Shown one piece after another: positions 24,303 through 38,459 of a stretch of 64,000 bases of DNA (position 1 is its first letter; each line of letters starts with the position of its first letter). Below the pieces are notes generated by a model that was given only the letters and a program-made list of their open reading frames with translations, searched no databases and was not told where the DNA came from. Location of the stretch: assembly GCA_964106915.2 (NCBI GenBank), contig OZ066914.1; one strand, written 5' to 3'. The position numbers and the translations under genes are program-made. The DNA is from Podarcis gaigeae. Its lineage: Eukaryota.

Positions 24303-26450
24303 TGTGTTGGCCCTTTTGGACAGCAGCATATCAGGGTATCATTGCTCTTAATATATACACTTTTACCTCACTCTTCAACTGAAGAAAGGGCCCCAAAAAG
24401 GCTTACAGAGATCAATCTTTGCCCTTTGGCTTAAAACTTAAACTAAGTGACACTAAAGAGAATGGGAATTGGTGGGAAGGCGAAGTGGAAAGCCAACTCG
24501 GTCATTAGTATGTTGTTACAAAGTTCTTATAAAAATCAACTGGAATGGAAGTAGTTCAAGGACAGAAAGCAAGCAAAAAACTGCTGCCCCTCCTTTCCTT
24601 CTCTCCCTTGGTTTCATTCAGCATGATGGAATGGACATTGCTAGATCATAGCTGGGAAGAGAGAAAGCTTCATCAGAAGAGGAGAAAGATCGGGATTGGC
24701 CTGCTATGAATATCCTACCATCAATTCATGTCTATACAGAGAATTGCAGGACAGTTGGTGGAATACTTACTTTTTAGTTCGCAAGGCTCTGCTTTGTATG
24801 GGAATTGTTCACCTGGAAGTCGATATATATTACTGACTAGGACCACTTCAGATATTGCTCTAGGAATTCAGAATTGTCGGACTCTCATCTGATTTTTCCA
24901 CTTGATGTGCTTTTAAAGTAACTGAAGCAAAATAATATTTAAAATGTGAGAGAGCAAAGTGTGCATTAACAAGGTTATCTTTCAGGTAGATTGTGAGTCA
25001 TTTTTTAATTACTGGTGTCTGCTTTTATCTAGAGTTTTGACTGTAAAGGGACACTCATGTTCTTCTCTGTATTCTGTGCTGTGCACTTTGAGATTAACTT
25101 CCAGGTCATTTCTGCATTTGTACAAAGTTATGTTCAATGCTAAAGAGCCCTCTAGTGACACTGTATTGAAATTGCTTCTACTCTTTCCTTGCCAGCATCC
25201 AATTAGGGTGTTTCTTAGAAAGCACTGAATCTGCAACCCGTTCCTTTAATGTGTATAGAGAAAACTAAGTTATAACTTATGTTACACACACATGCATCTC
25301 TGAATTGTCTCCTCGGAAATTTGCAATGCTTTCCAAATTAGTCTTCTTTAAAACTAGCTAAATATGTGCTTTCTCATTTGAAATAATTATAAACAAAGCA
25401 TTTTCCACATTGTGCAACAACCACAATAAGTTCTTCAATAAGGGATTTTAGCAGACCTGATTATTTTTAGTTGTGGAATGTGTTGTGTAAATCATAAGAA
25501 CTAGTGAAAACACTGTCATAATAGTGTTGCTAAAATGTAGTTGTGATGTGCTTTTACTGATTATGCTGAAAGCCCCTCATTTTAGCCCTGATACTTTAGC
25601 TTTGAAATATCAAAGGAAATTGAAGGTGTTTCAACAATATAAAATTACATAAAATACCAATTCAATTAAATCTGATAATGAAAAAGGAACATTAGAGCAA
25701 CAGCAAAAACAAAAAAACTCAATTCAATATCAAATGCTTGGAAAATTCTGCTAAAGTACACATTGCATCTACTTTGCACCTCAGTGTTCCTGGTTCCATG
25801 TTTGCTGAGTACAAGCACACACACCCTGCTGCTCCTGCCCAGTACATTGTGCCCACTATTACAACTGTTGGTGGCCAAGGTTCTCAGACTCCTGTCTGCT
25901 ACTGAACAGTTAGTTCAACACTCTGTCAAGGACATTTCTAGGCAAATTCTCCTAAATTCCCTAGCAACCAAATGTCCATCTACCTGGATTCAGTATTAGC
26001 CTGTTAACTCTTATCCATTTGACCACAGCCTACAAACACTGGTTCAAAACAAATCCCATTTGACACTGCCTATGGCATCGTATAGATACACTAATGTTTG
26101 GGGGACATGGAATTGACAAGAGACATGGGGACATTATATGCACCAAAGCATGTACTATCAAGACATGATTGATTTCACACACAGTTCACCAATGCATTAA
26201 GCAAGCCATGGCGTGGTGTTTCCTGTGTGGTTGCACGTCTATATGTGGAAGGTTTATTGAAAGTATTTATAAAGGAGTAGGCTGATTCCATACAGCTTTG
26301 ACAGGTAAGAAATCGGTGTTTTAAATCTTCCCAGTTGCATTTCCCTTGCATTTCAGCTTCTGCTTTCTCACTTGTGAATTTCTAGAGCAAACTCTGTCCA
26401 GTTTGCGATGAATAGGTTCCAAAGTGTTTTTTCTTTTTTGTTTCTCTTAG

Positions 26451-26705
26451 AAGACGGTAACTACAGCTTCTATGATCACCACTAAGACACTACCTCTTGT
26501 CCTGAAAGCAGCAACAGCAACCATGCCTGCCTCCGTTGTGGGTCCAAGACCTACAATTGCCATGGTGACTGCCATCAATAGCAACCAGAAAACTGTCCTT
26601 AGCACTGATGCACAGAACACGCCAGTCAACCTCCAGACAACAAATAAAGTCACTGGTCCAGGAACAGAGGCAGTTCAAATAGTGGCAAAAAATACAGTCA
26701 CATTG
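26451..26705 (+). CDS. PHF21A: PHF21A coding exon ([31 protein letters not shown]...KNTVTL)
   Basis: Polypyrimidine tract + TAG, GTAAG donor at 26706; 255 nt in frame; near-identical to recalled PHF21A. Confidence 0.97.
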
Positions 26706-27925
26706 GTAAGTGGTCTTTGTTGCCTAATGTTCTAAGGACGTGAGCCATTTTTTTAAAAAATCCCTTGTTGAAACAGAGATGCATACCCTTTGGGGCATAT
26801 ACAGGTATTGAGAAACTTTGTTTAATGTGAGAAAATACTTTTGCTCTAATGGGTTTCAATTTTTAAAATAATTTACTACTTTAACAAATGATTACTATCA
26901 TATCATATTTTTCCTTGGTGTGCTGAAAGATAATTGACAATGCACCTTCACTCCAACTTTTTACAATGCTCTGCTTGCCAATAAAGGCATGTAGGACCTT
27001 ATGTAGGTTATGGTTTTAAATGTATGTTCCCTTCACTGCTTATATTAAAATTATTTTAATGAGGCTCACCAATGTTTTCTATTTTTTGCTGCTGTTGGAT
27101 CCTCAAACACATCATCCTGCATGACGGGATCTAGCAAGCATCTTCCTGAACCTGCGAACCAGTCTTTCTCAGGGGCGCTTTTGTGACTAACTAGTAACTC
27201 TGTTAATCAGTTTCACAAAGTACTAAGCAGTTGAAGCCCGCAGAAATGTAAAAAGTAACTTGAGTGGAAAATATATCCTTGTGAGGGAGGCCAGGCATTT
27301 AAACGGGGTTTTGCTGTTTAAATAAGAATTGATCCAGAGCTGCAGCTGTAATGAAATCCATTTATACCCTAAAGTATTTCATTCCCAAAGCAAATTACTG
27401 TATATGAAAACAGTGTTCTACACATTTAAGAGAGAACCAGAGTCCTAATGTACTAAATTATTTATCTAGTACCTAACACTTATCCTTCCAGCATTTTTGA
27501 ATATTATTGTTTATGCCCTCTTATCAAATATTTCAAACCATCCCCCCAAGTTATGAAGCCTTAGCACAATTAAGCATCATGTGCAGCTCCATTTGAATGG
27601 GCAGCCAAACCTGATTATTCTTTGTGGTTATTTGTAGCGCATTGACTCGTAAAACAAAGAGGAGAATTCTGAAATGTCAAGGATGAGGGCATATTTTTAA
27701 AAATAGTAGAGTTCTTGGGTTTTACATGCTGGTGAAACAAAAGGATACTTAGCTTCATTATGCCCATGAAATGCCATTTTATTTCAGAATGGCTTGAAGA
27801 GCAAGAATCTATTTACTGTGAGAAAGGTAGGCTGTGCCTGAATAGCTTTGAAGTTGCTTATCACACCTATTCCCTTTGCTTAAATTTGTCTGCCTTCCCA
27901 CACGCCCCACTCTTATTGTTAGCAG

Positions 27926-28012
27926 GTTCAAGCTACACCTCCTCAGCCCATCAAAGTGCCACAGTTCATCCCTCCTCCCAGACTCACACCTCGTCCAAAT
28001 TTTCTTCCACAG
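27926..28012 (+). CDS. PHF21A: PHF21A coding exon ([29 protein letters not shown]); alternative start 27923 via NAGNAG
   Basis: TAGCAG acceptor at 27920-27925, GTGAGT donor at 28013; 87 nt. Confidence 0.96.
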
Positions 28013-28776
28013 GTGAGTTTGTCCAAAACAGGGAAAGGGGTAGGAGTGGGGAGTTTGTCCTAAAAGTGTGACTTTGATTGGAAGAAGTACAACACCAGAT
28101 GTTTCGTATACTTGGTAATAATTGAACACTAACTAATATGCTTTCCAGATTAAATCTCCAGCTTTGCTATCATATTTTTGTTTCCCTGTCAGCTCTCTAC
28201 CTTGCACTAGTTCTGTAAGAACTGAATTAAAGACGAGATGATGAAGAAATGCCTTTCTTGTTAATAACCTTTATATTAATAACCTGAATATTTTTCATAA
28301 TTTCTTTGATTAAAGAGACCCTATTTAATGTGAATCCTTAGCCTTTTTGCTAAGCAAAACGTAACTGTAATCTAATTAATGTAGTTTCTAGCTTCCTGCT
28401 CCTTTCTTCCAAAGAGGAGCAGATTTTATCTAGAAATAACTTGAGCTGCAACCTTTTTGAAAAAAATCTGATCTTTTACCCAAAGATGAAGGCATTATGT
28501 AATAGATTGTTTGCAGTATTTTAAATTACTAGAATTAATATAGTTGCTCTCTCTCAGAGGATGCCATCTGTATCTCATTGAAGCTACATCTCTTCTCCTA
28601 CCCACACTGTTGATTTTTAATGTAGTTGTTATTCAAATTCCTAGTTGTAATGTCAACAATCATTAACCAGTTGTAATGGGTAATGAAAGAGAGGAAAGTG
28701 TGAAAATATTAACTGCTGCACTATAGATATGCCCATCCAATGCTCTAGTCACCTGCATTTAACCCAAAGAAAGTTA

Positions 28777-29139
28777 AAGGTAAAGGTAAAGGTACCCCTG
28801 CCCGTACGGGCCAGTCTTGCCAGACTCTGGGGTTGTGCGCCCATCTCACTCAAGAGGCCAGGGGCCAGCGCTGTCCGGAGACACTTCCGGGTCACGTGGC
28901 CAGCGTGACATCGCTGCTCTGGTGAGCCAGAGCCGCACACGGAAACGCCGTTTACCTTCCCGCTGGTAAGCGGTCCCTATTTATCTACTTGCACGCGGAG
29001 GTGCTTTCGAACTGCTAGGTTGGCAGGCGCTGGGACCGAGCAGCGGGAGCGCACCCCGCCGCAGGGATTCGAACCGCCGACCTTTCGATCGGCAAGTCCT
29101 AGGCGCTGAGGCTTTAACCCACAGCGCCACCTGCGTCCC
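28777..29139 (-). mobile_element. Full-length young Sauria SINE (Squam1, lacertid type)
   Basis: 5' GGGACGCAGGTGGCGCTGTGGGTTAAAGCC, B-box GGTTCGAATCC, (ACCTTT)n tail; perfect TSD AAAGAAAGTTA at 28766-76 and 29140-50; CpGs retained. Confidence 0.93.
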
Positions 29140-29601
29140 AAAGAAAGTTAGATGGGCTCAAAAATGTAATCCCTGATTGGAGGAGAGGGCTGTGTAATTC
29201 AGAAACTAGCTACTCTTGCCAACACAGTTGATCTAATAATAAATTAGAATGCATAGCCATTTGTATCCAATTTAGACACCCTAGATTTTAGAAATACTTC
29301 AAATTAACAGACCTTTGAATTCCCCCAGATCTATCCAAAGATATTTTGGTAATGCAATTGTATTTGATAACCTGCTTAGACTCCCCTCAACACTCAATAT
29401 TCCTTGAGAATATAGCATTGCAAGTTGTGCTTCCAGACCTGTGCTTCCAGAACCAGTATATCCTTTTAAAGTATGATTAACATTGAATATGTGAAGATAC
29501 AAAATGAACAAACAAAATGTAACATACAAAATGATGGCAGTATTGTAGAAATGTACAAGAATGTGTGGTTAACATCTGCGCACTAGCAGTTAATGCATAG
29601 T

Positions 29602-29738
29602 GCAGCCATCACTAGCCTGGCAACTTTCAAGTGTTTTGGACCACAATTCCCTTCAGCCACAATCACAATGGGATATTGTGAAGGAGAATGAAAATCATAG
29701 TTCAAAACCTCTGGAGGACAGTAGGCTGTGGAAGGCAA
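29602..29738. mobile_element. Degraded hAT-like palindromic MITE
   Basis: GTGTTTTGGACCACAATTCCC ... ATAGTTCAAAACCTCTGGAGG arms. Confidence 0.5.
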
Positions 29739-30378
29739 ACACAGTGCAACAGTCATAGCTGGAATTAAAAAGATTTGGGGTGGTTTTAAAAGTGTGGTAG
29801 GCCTGAAATGTATGTGAGGGTTACATTCCAGGAGTCTACATGCAAAGACAAAATCATTCAAAGTCAGGAAACCACACACTCAACCTGGAACTGCCTTCCT
29901 CTGCAAATAATTCCTACCCATCTTGATATCGGCGCACTGAGCGGGCAAGATCTTGGGAGCCTTGCAGAGCCTTCCTGGACCCTCATGCAACCTTCTGAGA
30001 GTCCTATAAGTAAGGCAGAGGGCTTAAAAACTCTTTCCATGGCAGGAAAACTGGGTGCTGAAAGAGCCTTGTTTTCCAGGCTTTGGAAGGTCACATGAGG
30101 GCTCTGGAGGCTTTTGTGAGAGATTGCATGGCCCCTCCTGACGGTTTTTTCCAGTCTCCCACTGCTTTCTATTTGTTTTTTGATGAAGTACGCAAGGCTG
30201 CAATTGTGTAAGTTTTGGGCCTACTGTAGTTCTTTCCAGTGCAGATGTGTAGCACTACATAATACAAACACTATTGTAATCTGAGTCATATTTGTTGGCC
30301 CAGCCTTAAGTTATGTGTTAATTACTATATCTTATCTATGCATGTGGTCTGATATGGGTTTTTCTCTCTCTTATGTAG

Positions 30379-30678
30379 GTTCGACCTAAACCTGTTGCCC
30401 AGAACAACATTCCTATCGCCCCTGCCCCACCTCCTCCTATGCTCGCTGCTCCTCAGCTTATTCAGAGGCCTGTGATGCTGACAACAAAATTCACACCCAC
30501 CTCCTTACCTTCCTCTCAGAATTCCATACACCCAGTCCGTGTAGTGAATGGGCAAACAGCAACCATAGCCAAAACTTTTCCAATGGCACAACTCACCAGC
30601 ATTGTTATAGCAGCCCCAGGTACCAGACTTGCTGGACCTCAGACTCTACAAATCAGCAAACCAAATGTTGAGAAACAG
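30379..30678 (+). CDS. PHF21A: PHF21A coding exon ([30 protein letters not shown]...KPNVEKQ)
   Basis: TAG acceptor, GT at 30679; 300 nt; overlaps track ORF 30439..30924. Confidence 0.97.
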
Positions 30679-30921
30679 GTACAGATGGAGAAATGCATTA
30701 GTAGTTTAAACTGTGAATCGTTTCCTTCTCCTAAAGTCAATAGAATTAATGGAGATACAAATGCAATTAACCATAACATAAGACCTGTCCTCTCATTGCC
30801 TCTCCTGTGGTTGGGAATCTTGTGTGACCGAGAGCAGGGCTGTGCCCACTCGCCCTTCCACCACCACTTAGACTGTCCATATGTTGGAGAAACCTGGGCA
30901 GGCTTCCTGCACAATTTGGAA

Positions 30922-31281
30922 TAGGGATGGGTGGATCAGTCCATTTCCAGCCTGTGTCCATTTCCTGTGTGTGTTCATAAGTGCATTCCATCCTGTTTCC
31001 ATATTAAGCTGAGCAGTTTTTAAAAGACTGTCCAAAGCTCTGCGTTTAAATACATAAATATGTATTTTAATATCAAAATATGTATTTAGTTGTGTATTTT
31101 CCAAACTGGCGTTTGGAAAGCCTATTTTATCCTAAAGCAAATTCCCAATTTTTAATGCATTTTGATACTTTTTTAGAGCCAAGAACTATATTGCAAAATT
31201 TGGAGAAGTGCAAAATCCAAAGTATAATTATGTTTCAATCTATTTAAAAATGCAAGCCAAGTGAAATTTTCCTCCATCCCA
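30922..31281. mobile_element. Non-autonomous DNA transposon remnant
   Basis: Imperfect TIRs TAGGGATGG / CCATCCCA around an AT-rich interior. Confidence 0.45.
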
Positions 31282-33281
31282 AATTTATAATCCTGATTTC
31301 ACTGGATTCTATATCACAGGGGGCGGATACACATATAGGGTAGGCTCTCCTGTTCCGAGGTTTCTTGCAATGTATAGATGGGGCAGGGTTGGCAGGAGAG
31401 GATGCGGGTGGACAGGCCAGCAAGTCACAGCACTGTTCTCTGTCTCATGCCAATCATGAGATACAATGTGTGAATAGAGATGGTTGATAATACCTTGTTC
31501 CTCAGACAGGGATTGGGAATGTACCAATAATTCATAACGAGTGAGCAGTTAATTTGTGATTTTATATATAGTACATCAGAATAATTAAAATTTACTCGTT
31601 TTCTGCTTTTTCTGCTGCTTCAGCATAAAACATTAACCATCAAATAATATTTATCCATAATCTTGCTGACATTTATGATGAAGCAGACATGCAGATGACT
31701 TAATTACCATCAGTTTCAGCTAACCTTTTGTAAGTAGTTTGTAATGCTGGACATTTGAGAATTTCCTCTAATTCAATCTATCAGATGTAGGCCTTTTTGT
31801 GCAAATGCACTTTAAACTGACCTTTGAGTCTACTGATCTGTATTCTCAAAAGCTTGCTTGGTTTCAGTCTTTTAAGCTTGACAAATTTGCCATGAGCAGT
31901 TATTTTTTAAATAGACAGAAGTGTGTCACCTTTCCCCCAAAAACTTACATTATCGTCCTCTCTACAAAACACTCTGAAGCAGGTGCAAGTTGATATGGCT
32001 CTGCAACAGGTGGCAATGTGCCAAGACTGGCCACAACTCTAGGTTCCATAGAAGCAAGGACCTTCAGCAAAAACCCTAGTGCTTAAATGTGGACGAGAAG
32101 CCTATACATAGTACCAGTGCAGAGAAACTGCTTTTCAACCCTTATGTACTGAGGAAGGCTGCTTCCAGTCTGGTCATGGCTTTTCTTGTCGTAAATAGGC
32201 AGAAAGTTTTCTCAAGTGTGAACAGAGCCAGACCTCTCTTTTCCACTTACCAGTCTTAGGAACAAAAACACACACACATGTATTTATTTATAATAAAAGG
32301 TATACCCTCCTACTTTTATTTTCTAAGTGAGATGTCCAAATTGGCCACCGTCATTTCAAATAAAACAATTAAGAAACAAGGTTTCATCCTCACTTGTCAA
32401 ACCATTGGTCTATTTGCGCAAGCCACAAACCATAGTTTAGTGTTAGGTTCTTGAGTTTCCCCCTCTGCTCTTCCAGCACAACTGCAGTTATAGTGTTAGT
32501 TGTGGTTCATCCAAACAAGCAAGTGGGATCACACAGTCTAGTAAATGGGACCGAGAAGTAATTCAAAATAATTCACAATTTCAAACAATATGGTTCAAGT
32601 TATTTCTTTATGTTTCTCTTATTTCTGAGTAAACACATTGAAAACATATTTGTCATCTTAGAACAGATGGATCTAATTTTGTGATGTCACAGCTATGTCA
32701 TAAAGTGGGAATCATTGGGCAGGCACTTATGATGCAATATGCAGGGGATTATGACATCACTAAGCAGGAATGGGTTTCAGGAAAACCCAGCACTTGGGAA
32801 TTCTGGAGAACTTATCTTCAGGCAAATTCTTGTTATAGTGAATAATGAATGAGAGAGATGCAAGGTGCATCTCTCAGACAGATTGTTGTCTGGACAAGCT
32901 TTTCATGGAATGTTATTCCACAAAACGTCACCCCATCTGTAGTTATTCTGTTTGCCAGGTCTCTCTTATACGTAGCCCCTCTTATCCACAGCTTAGATGT
33001 AAAGTTATTCTTATTGCATGATCTAGTTGCTGAATTGGGCTACTTAAGTGTTGCAGTTGTACCCTTGCTGTTCTAAATAGTAATTTTTATTTGGGATTGT
33101 GTTTTCACTACTTAAAATGTACCACACTTTTTAAAGGAGCTCTTGGGGAAAATATTTCGTGTATTATTCGGATTCCTTTCCATCCGTTTCTTCATTTTGG
33201 TAAAGAAAAACACTGGCCGCTGTTTTTGTTTGTTTAGGAATTTAAGAAACCCGTGTTCACTTGCTGTTGATTCCCTTTCAG

Positions 33282-33380
33282 ACTATCAAGCCCCAAGCGG
33301 AAACAGAGGAGAAGCCAACAGAGATTCATACAGTTGCTCCTCCTGCACCACCCAAACCAAAACGAGAAGAAAACCCACAG
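33282..33380 (+). CDS. PHF21A: PHF21A coding exon ([11 protein letters not shown]...[10 protein letters not shown])
   Basis: TTTCAG acceptor, GT at 33381; 99 nt. Confidence 0.95.
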
Positions 33381-34059
33381 GTACTAGTACAGATATCTAC
33401 AATATCCTTTTGTGGGGTTGGGCAGATTTTTTTAAAAAAATCTGTCTTTAGAAATGCTTATTTTCATCTACATTTTAATGCCGCTTTTCCTCTTAAAAGA
33501 GATTCACATTCTTCACAGTGTTATTGCTGCAATGAAGAGGTCTATATGTCTGAGGAATGCTATATCTAGCCACAAATTCCTGTTCACCAAATATTTTCAG
33601 GGCTGGAAGAAAGAATGCAAAAGCTCCTGACTTTATGATAATGATGCTTGTATGTAGCACCTAAGGGTGTTCAAAGTGCTTCATGTTTTCTTAGTAATTT
33701 TTGCAATAACCGTGTAATGGAGGCCCCATATTCCAGAAAGGAGGCTGAAAGAATCTAGCCTTGCTTTAAGTTCTTGTCTAAGGTAAGGCTTGAACAGTGG
33801 CTTTTCCAGCTCGCTCTACTGTGCTATATACATAGAAATCCCAAATTGCCCTTAGCTCTTTTGAGTGTTCAGATTGCATCACGCAAGGCAACTTCTCCAA
33901 TCTCACAGGCACATTTTAAACATGTTTCGGTTGGCCTTGTTTGGCTAAGGAAAAGTTGTATTCGCTGGCGCCTTGACTGCCCCTCCCCTTTGCAAAGGTA
34001 GCATGGGGGCTTAAGGATGTCCCAAGAGATTTTGTGCAAGGATGCCCAATACACTCATC

Positions 34060-34061
<2 letters not shown>

Positions 34062-34102
<41 letters not shown>
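34062..34102. repeat. (CA)n microsatellite, about 20 units
   Basis: Read directly from the sequence. Confidence 0.95.
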
Positions 34103-34104
<2 letters not shown>

Positions 34105-34635
34105 CCTTTCCTGAAAGCTGAGCGTGTCCTGACACCTCGGCTTGAAGGTGCTCCAAGGGTCTCCAGCCCTCCCTTCCCAGGCCTTTCATAACCTTTCCTG
34201 TTATGAAATGCCAAAGATGAACATACACCCTGTGAAAAATCTCATAATTATGGTTTGTATAACAAATAATAAGACCCAAATTATATTCACATAGTAGATC
34301 TATTGGACTGGTACATGTTTTAATACCTATACAAATTTAACAATAAAGCTACAGCTCTCTGGTAACCATCCATTTCAACAAATAGGGTTTTTGTTTAATC
34401 AAGCTCCTGAACATTTGCATCATGTAAATTTGAAAATAACACATTATAAATAACATAAATGCCTGTGGATTTATTTTGTTTTCTGTGGGACAATGACACA
34501 TTTAAGTGAGTGTGTGAAGGTTCCCCCAGCTGTTAGAAAAGAGATTGGGTGAGTTTATTCTTTCCTTGGGTGAGTGGAGTTATAATAGCATTTCAGACAG
34601 CTTGTTTTCTATGAATACCTGCAACTCAGAAAAAT

Positions 34636-34780
34636 ACTTCTGATGAAATGAGCTGTAGTCCACAGAAGCTTCTACCATAATAGATTTGTGAGTCTTCAAT
34701 GTGCCACAATTCTTTCTTTTCTTTTCTTTTCTTTTTCTTTTTGTTGCAAGAGGCTAACATAGCTATCACCCTGCAAATCT
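34636..34780 (+). mobile_element. Degraded Penelope-like pseudo-LTR of a second subfamily
   Basis: CTGATGAAATGAGCTGTAGTCCACAGAAGCTT...GTCTTCAATGTGCCACAA...GCTAACATAGCTA has the same layout as the other Penelope remnants. Confidence 0.6.
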
Positions 34781-36396
34781 TTCAGAAAGCGCAAGTTAAG
34801 AAACCTGGATTTTGGCAGCTTGAGCAACACACAAAATCAACTGGAACTAGTGAATCTCCCTTGGGGCCCATTTAGACAATATTCTACCATCAAAATTCTG
34901 ATATTTTTTTTTTAAGGGGGAGATCTTGGTTTCCCTCTCTGCACAGGGAGAAGATATTAAATGAGCCAAGAGACTTTACTTTTTACTAATTTACTTAGTA
35001 TTGTCAGAATCTGAAATACTTTTTTGCTCCACTGTGGCTGTCCTTTTGCAGTCCATGTGATTTATGTACAGTGAAAGGGAATGAGGCCAAACATCATCAC
35101 ACAGGTCTAGTCTCTTGAATTCTAAAACATGGTTCGTGGAGTTAAGAAATCATAGACTGCAAATACTTGACCTGAACAGTTGTGCGAGATGAGATGAAAG
35201 TGAACTACTGCTTTTTGAATCTGACGGTTCTCATGCCCTAAAACTTTTTATAGCATTCTAAGAATAGCATAACTTGGCTGTCTCTTTAAAATAGATACAT
35301 ACAGCTGTGATGTTCTGAGCAAACAGCTTATGCAGCAATCATCTGGACAGTTCAGAAATCCCTGTTTGTGCTGGAAGGCTTCCATGTTTTCAGGTTTTGA
35401 GTAATCTCCAGTTAGATAACTATGGCTTTCTTAATTCAAATCACACTATGTTCTGTTTTCATTTTCATAAAGTATAATGTTATTTATTATTTTATTCATT
35501 TATACATTGCTTGATTGTAAAAACAAACAAACAAACAAACCTCAAAGCAATTTTCAAAATGATAAACCATAAAATCATGAGAATTTTACAATATATCTGA
35601 TACACATGCAAGTTTATACAGGGATTTTTTTTTTAATTTTTCAAATTAGTTTTGAATGGACAGCAAAGGCCTAGGGTGCAGCTGAACTGCTAGGTGCAGA
35701 GTTGGGGGCTATTTGTAAATAGTGGTCAGAGGAAGCTGAAATGCAGAGAAGTACAGACAGTGTATCTAATTAGCAGTGGTAATTCACAAAGCAGTTGTTG
35801 GTAATACAGACATCCTAGCATAGTTATGCTAATTATCTTACTCAGTATGCTAACAAATATTTCGTCTTAGGTCAGTCCACAAGTGATAGCATTGTGCTTG
35901 ATGTATTGTAATTCAGCAGTTACAGGTGCAGCTGGTTTTAAATTGGTGTTTCTCTGCAGCAACACTTGTGTCTGCATCTTTTAACTAACAAGTCCATGCT
36001 TCTGGGAGCCCTGGCCTAGTCAGACTTTAGGAATCACCTATATGCATCTATGTTGTCCAGCCTTTATGAGGTTGCTGTAGAAAAAACTAGTGTACCTGCT
36101 GCATAAAGATTTCTGTGTAAAGTGTGGAGCTGCCTTCAGTCTCATAGATCCACAGAGATGAGCTTGCCAACCCTCCTCTTTGAACTAAGGGATATGCAAG
36201 TTGTATAAAGATACATAGTGCTGTTATTTGCTTCATTTTATGAAGTGCCATTTGAGATATACAGGTGATGCATGTTTTTGAAGAATTGCTCAGTGAAAAT
36301 TGTATCACTTTTTTTTAAGCTACTATTTCACCTTAAAAGAAGTTTAGTTCCTCTCTTAATTTGATTGAATTGTTTTCTTCTTCTTTTCTGATACAG

Positions 36397-36448
36397 AAAC
36401 TTGCCTTCATGGTGTCTCTTGGACTGGTTACACATGACCATCTAGAAG
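36397..36448 (+). CDS. PHF21A: PHF21A coding exon (KLAFMVSLGLVTHDHLE-E)
   Basis: CAG acceptor, GTAAG donor at 36449; 52 nt, phase 0/1; missed by the ORF track. Confidence 0.96.
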
Positions 36449-37780
36449 GTAAGAAAAATGACTATGGCTGCAATCTTTGCACACTATCAAGGAAAAAGTT
36501 TATTTGACCTAATGGTGCTTACTTCCAAGTAAATAAGTTTAGGATTGCGCTGCATAAATTCCAGAGCTCTGGAATTAATGTACAAGTTTCAAATATTTCT
36601 GCTTAGAGTGCATACTTTCCCATGTATCAAAGTTTAAAATATCAGTTTTAAAAAGTGAAATATTTTCTGTTCAAGGTTCTGGGTTGTTTCCTGGAGTTGA
36701 AAAAATGACCAAATAGGATGATGATCCTAAATGCTAGTCTGATTTTTAGGTTTCTGACTAGGAGATCTAAGGCCACAAATACGGTTTCTTCAATAGCAGA
36801 ACCACCACAGTACTATTTTTCAAATAACTTAATTTCCTTTATCAATTAATTAGCACATTGTTTAAACTGAGGGAAATTATTCTGACTGGCGGGCTGGATC
36901 CTAGGTTCCCTCAACCCTGGCAGCAACTCTGCCAATCAGCTGGTCTCACTATGAAGTCAGGTGACTAATTTTTCATTTCTGTGCAACAAAGCGTGCTGCA
37001 AAAGAAAACATGAGGCTTGAGGTTTTACCCATCAGCTGAAAGGCAGTGACCCCAAGTCTCTTTTCTGTAAGGATCAGCTGTGTTGCCAATTCAGTGGGCA
37101 GTGACCCCAAGCCTACTTTGTGCAGAGATATCATCTGCACAGCAGATCCATCAACCCACTGCAGTTCCATCTGCTCCACTTTGAACAACAGGGAGCATGC
37201 TTTAAGCTCTCAATTGTGCTTTCGCAGCCACATCTCTACCTGCCCCATACCTGTTGTCACATATAAAGTCAGGTGTGGGGCACATGGGTGTGGTTTGGGG
37301 AAAGCAGCCTCCCATGGCCTGGAGATTCCTCACCCCTGGGTTAAATATATTTAAATGGTTTTGTACCTTAAAAAAAAGTTTGCAGTATTTTGATATGAAG
37401 TTGTTATAATCCACCTTTGGCTCATTGCATTGAGAAATACTGGGATATAAGTCAAGCAAATAAATCAGTCTTCAAACAACTCCCTGCTTCTGGCAGAAAA
37501 AAGTTGCCAACAACAAATTTTGTGTGGCACAGAATGTGGAAGATAAAAATATCAGCTGAGAGGTTTTGGAAGAGCAGGAAACGCTTTCTTAAGCTAATTT
37601 ACTTTCTTTTACTTAACTTTCCACTTTACTTTCAACCCATTTATATAATATGGATGTTTCTTCAGAATTAAGTTTGCAAAGAGCATTTCAGAAGCCATAG
37701 TTCCTGACTCCTAACTTGCTCATACTAGATATTGAGGTCTTTGAGCGCTAAAATGCTTTTATTTCTACCCTTTCCCCAAG

Positions 37781-37860
37781 AAATACAAAGTAAGCGACAA
37801 GAAAGGAAACGAAGGACAACAGCAAATCCAGTGTACAGCGGAGCTGTCTTTGAGCCTGAG
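37781..37860 (+). CDS. PHF21A: PHF21A coding exon ([27 protein letters not shown]), basic NLS-like segment
   Basis: AAG acceptor, GTAAC donor at 37861; 80 nt, phase 1/0. Confidence 0.96.
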
Positions 37861-38319
37861 GTAACAATTTTTGCTTATAAAATAAGTAAATAACTTGCTG
37901 AAAAGCATTTTGCTCATTGCTTCAGCATTCTAGGTGTATGAAAACAATCACATTCAAAGCTAGACAGTGGGACTGTCATCAAGAGAACATGAAGGACAAT
38001 TATAAATGGAAAGAAGTTTCCTACTTTATACTTTCTTTCCCTTATATCTTCCCTCCTCCTCCTCCTTCTCTGGCATGATTGCAGACTTGGCATTGAATTT
38101 TTTCTCTCATCACAAGTGGGATCAGCATTGCCTGTAATTGTGTGAAAGACGAGCTTTTCTACAGGGTAGTATCCAAACACTGAAACGATAATGGACATAA
38201 TCTGAAGAAAGTTAAACCTACATTTGATTCTTACTGAAATTTATGGATTTAAGTGCAAAAGCCTGTTTGCTTCAATGGGACTCAACACTTGTGCTCTTCC
38301 AGATTTTTTATATAGTCAC

Positions 38320-38325
38320 TCTGTG

Positions 38326-38372
<47 letters not shown>

Positions 38373-38398
38373 TTGTTTGTTTGTTTGTGTGTGTGTGT
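38320..38398. repeat. Compound (TGTC)n(TTTG)n(TG)n microsatellite about 60 nt upstream of a PHF21A exon
   Basis: Read directly from the sequence. Confidence 0.95.
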
Positions 38399-38459
38399 AG
38401 ATGTAGCTTTTACTTGCCAAAACAGTTGACTAACTACTTTCTTCCTTTCTTCTGTAAAG

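Noticed and set aside
30679-30924. In-frame extension of ORF 30439..30924 beyond the exon
   Set aside because: Homology stops at the GT donor at 30679; the rest is intron
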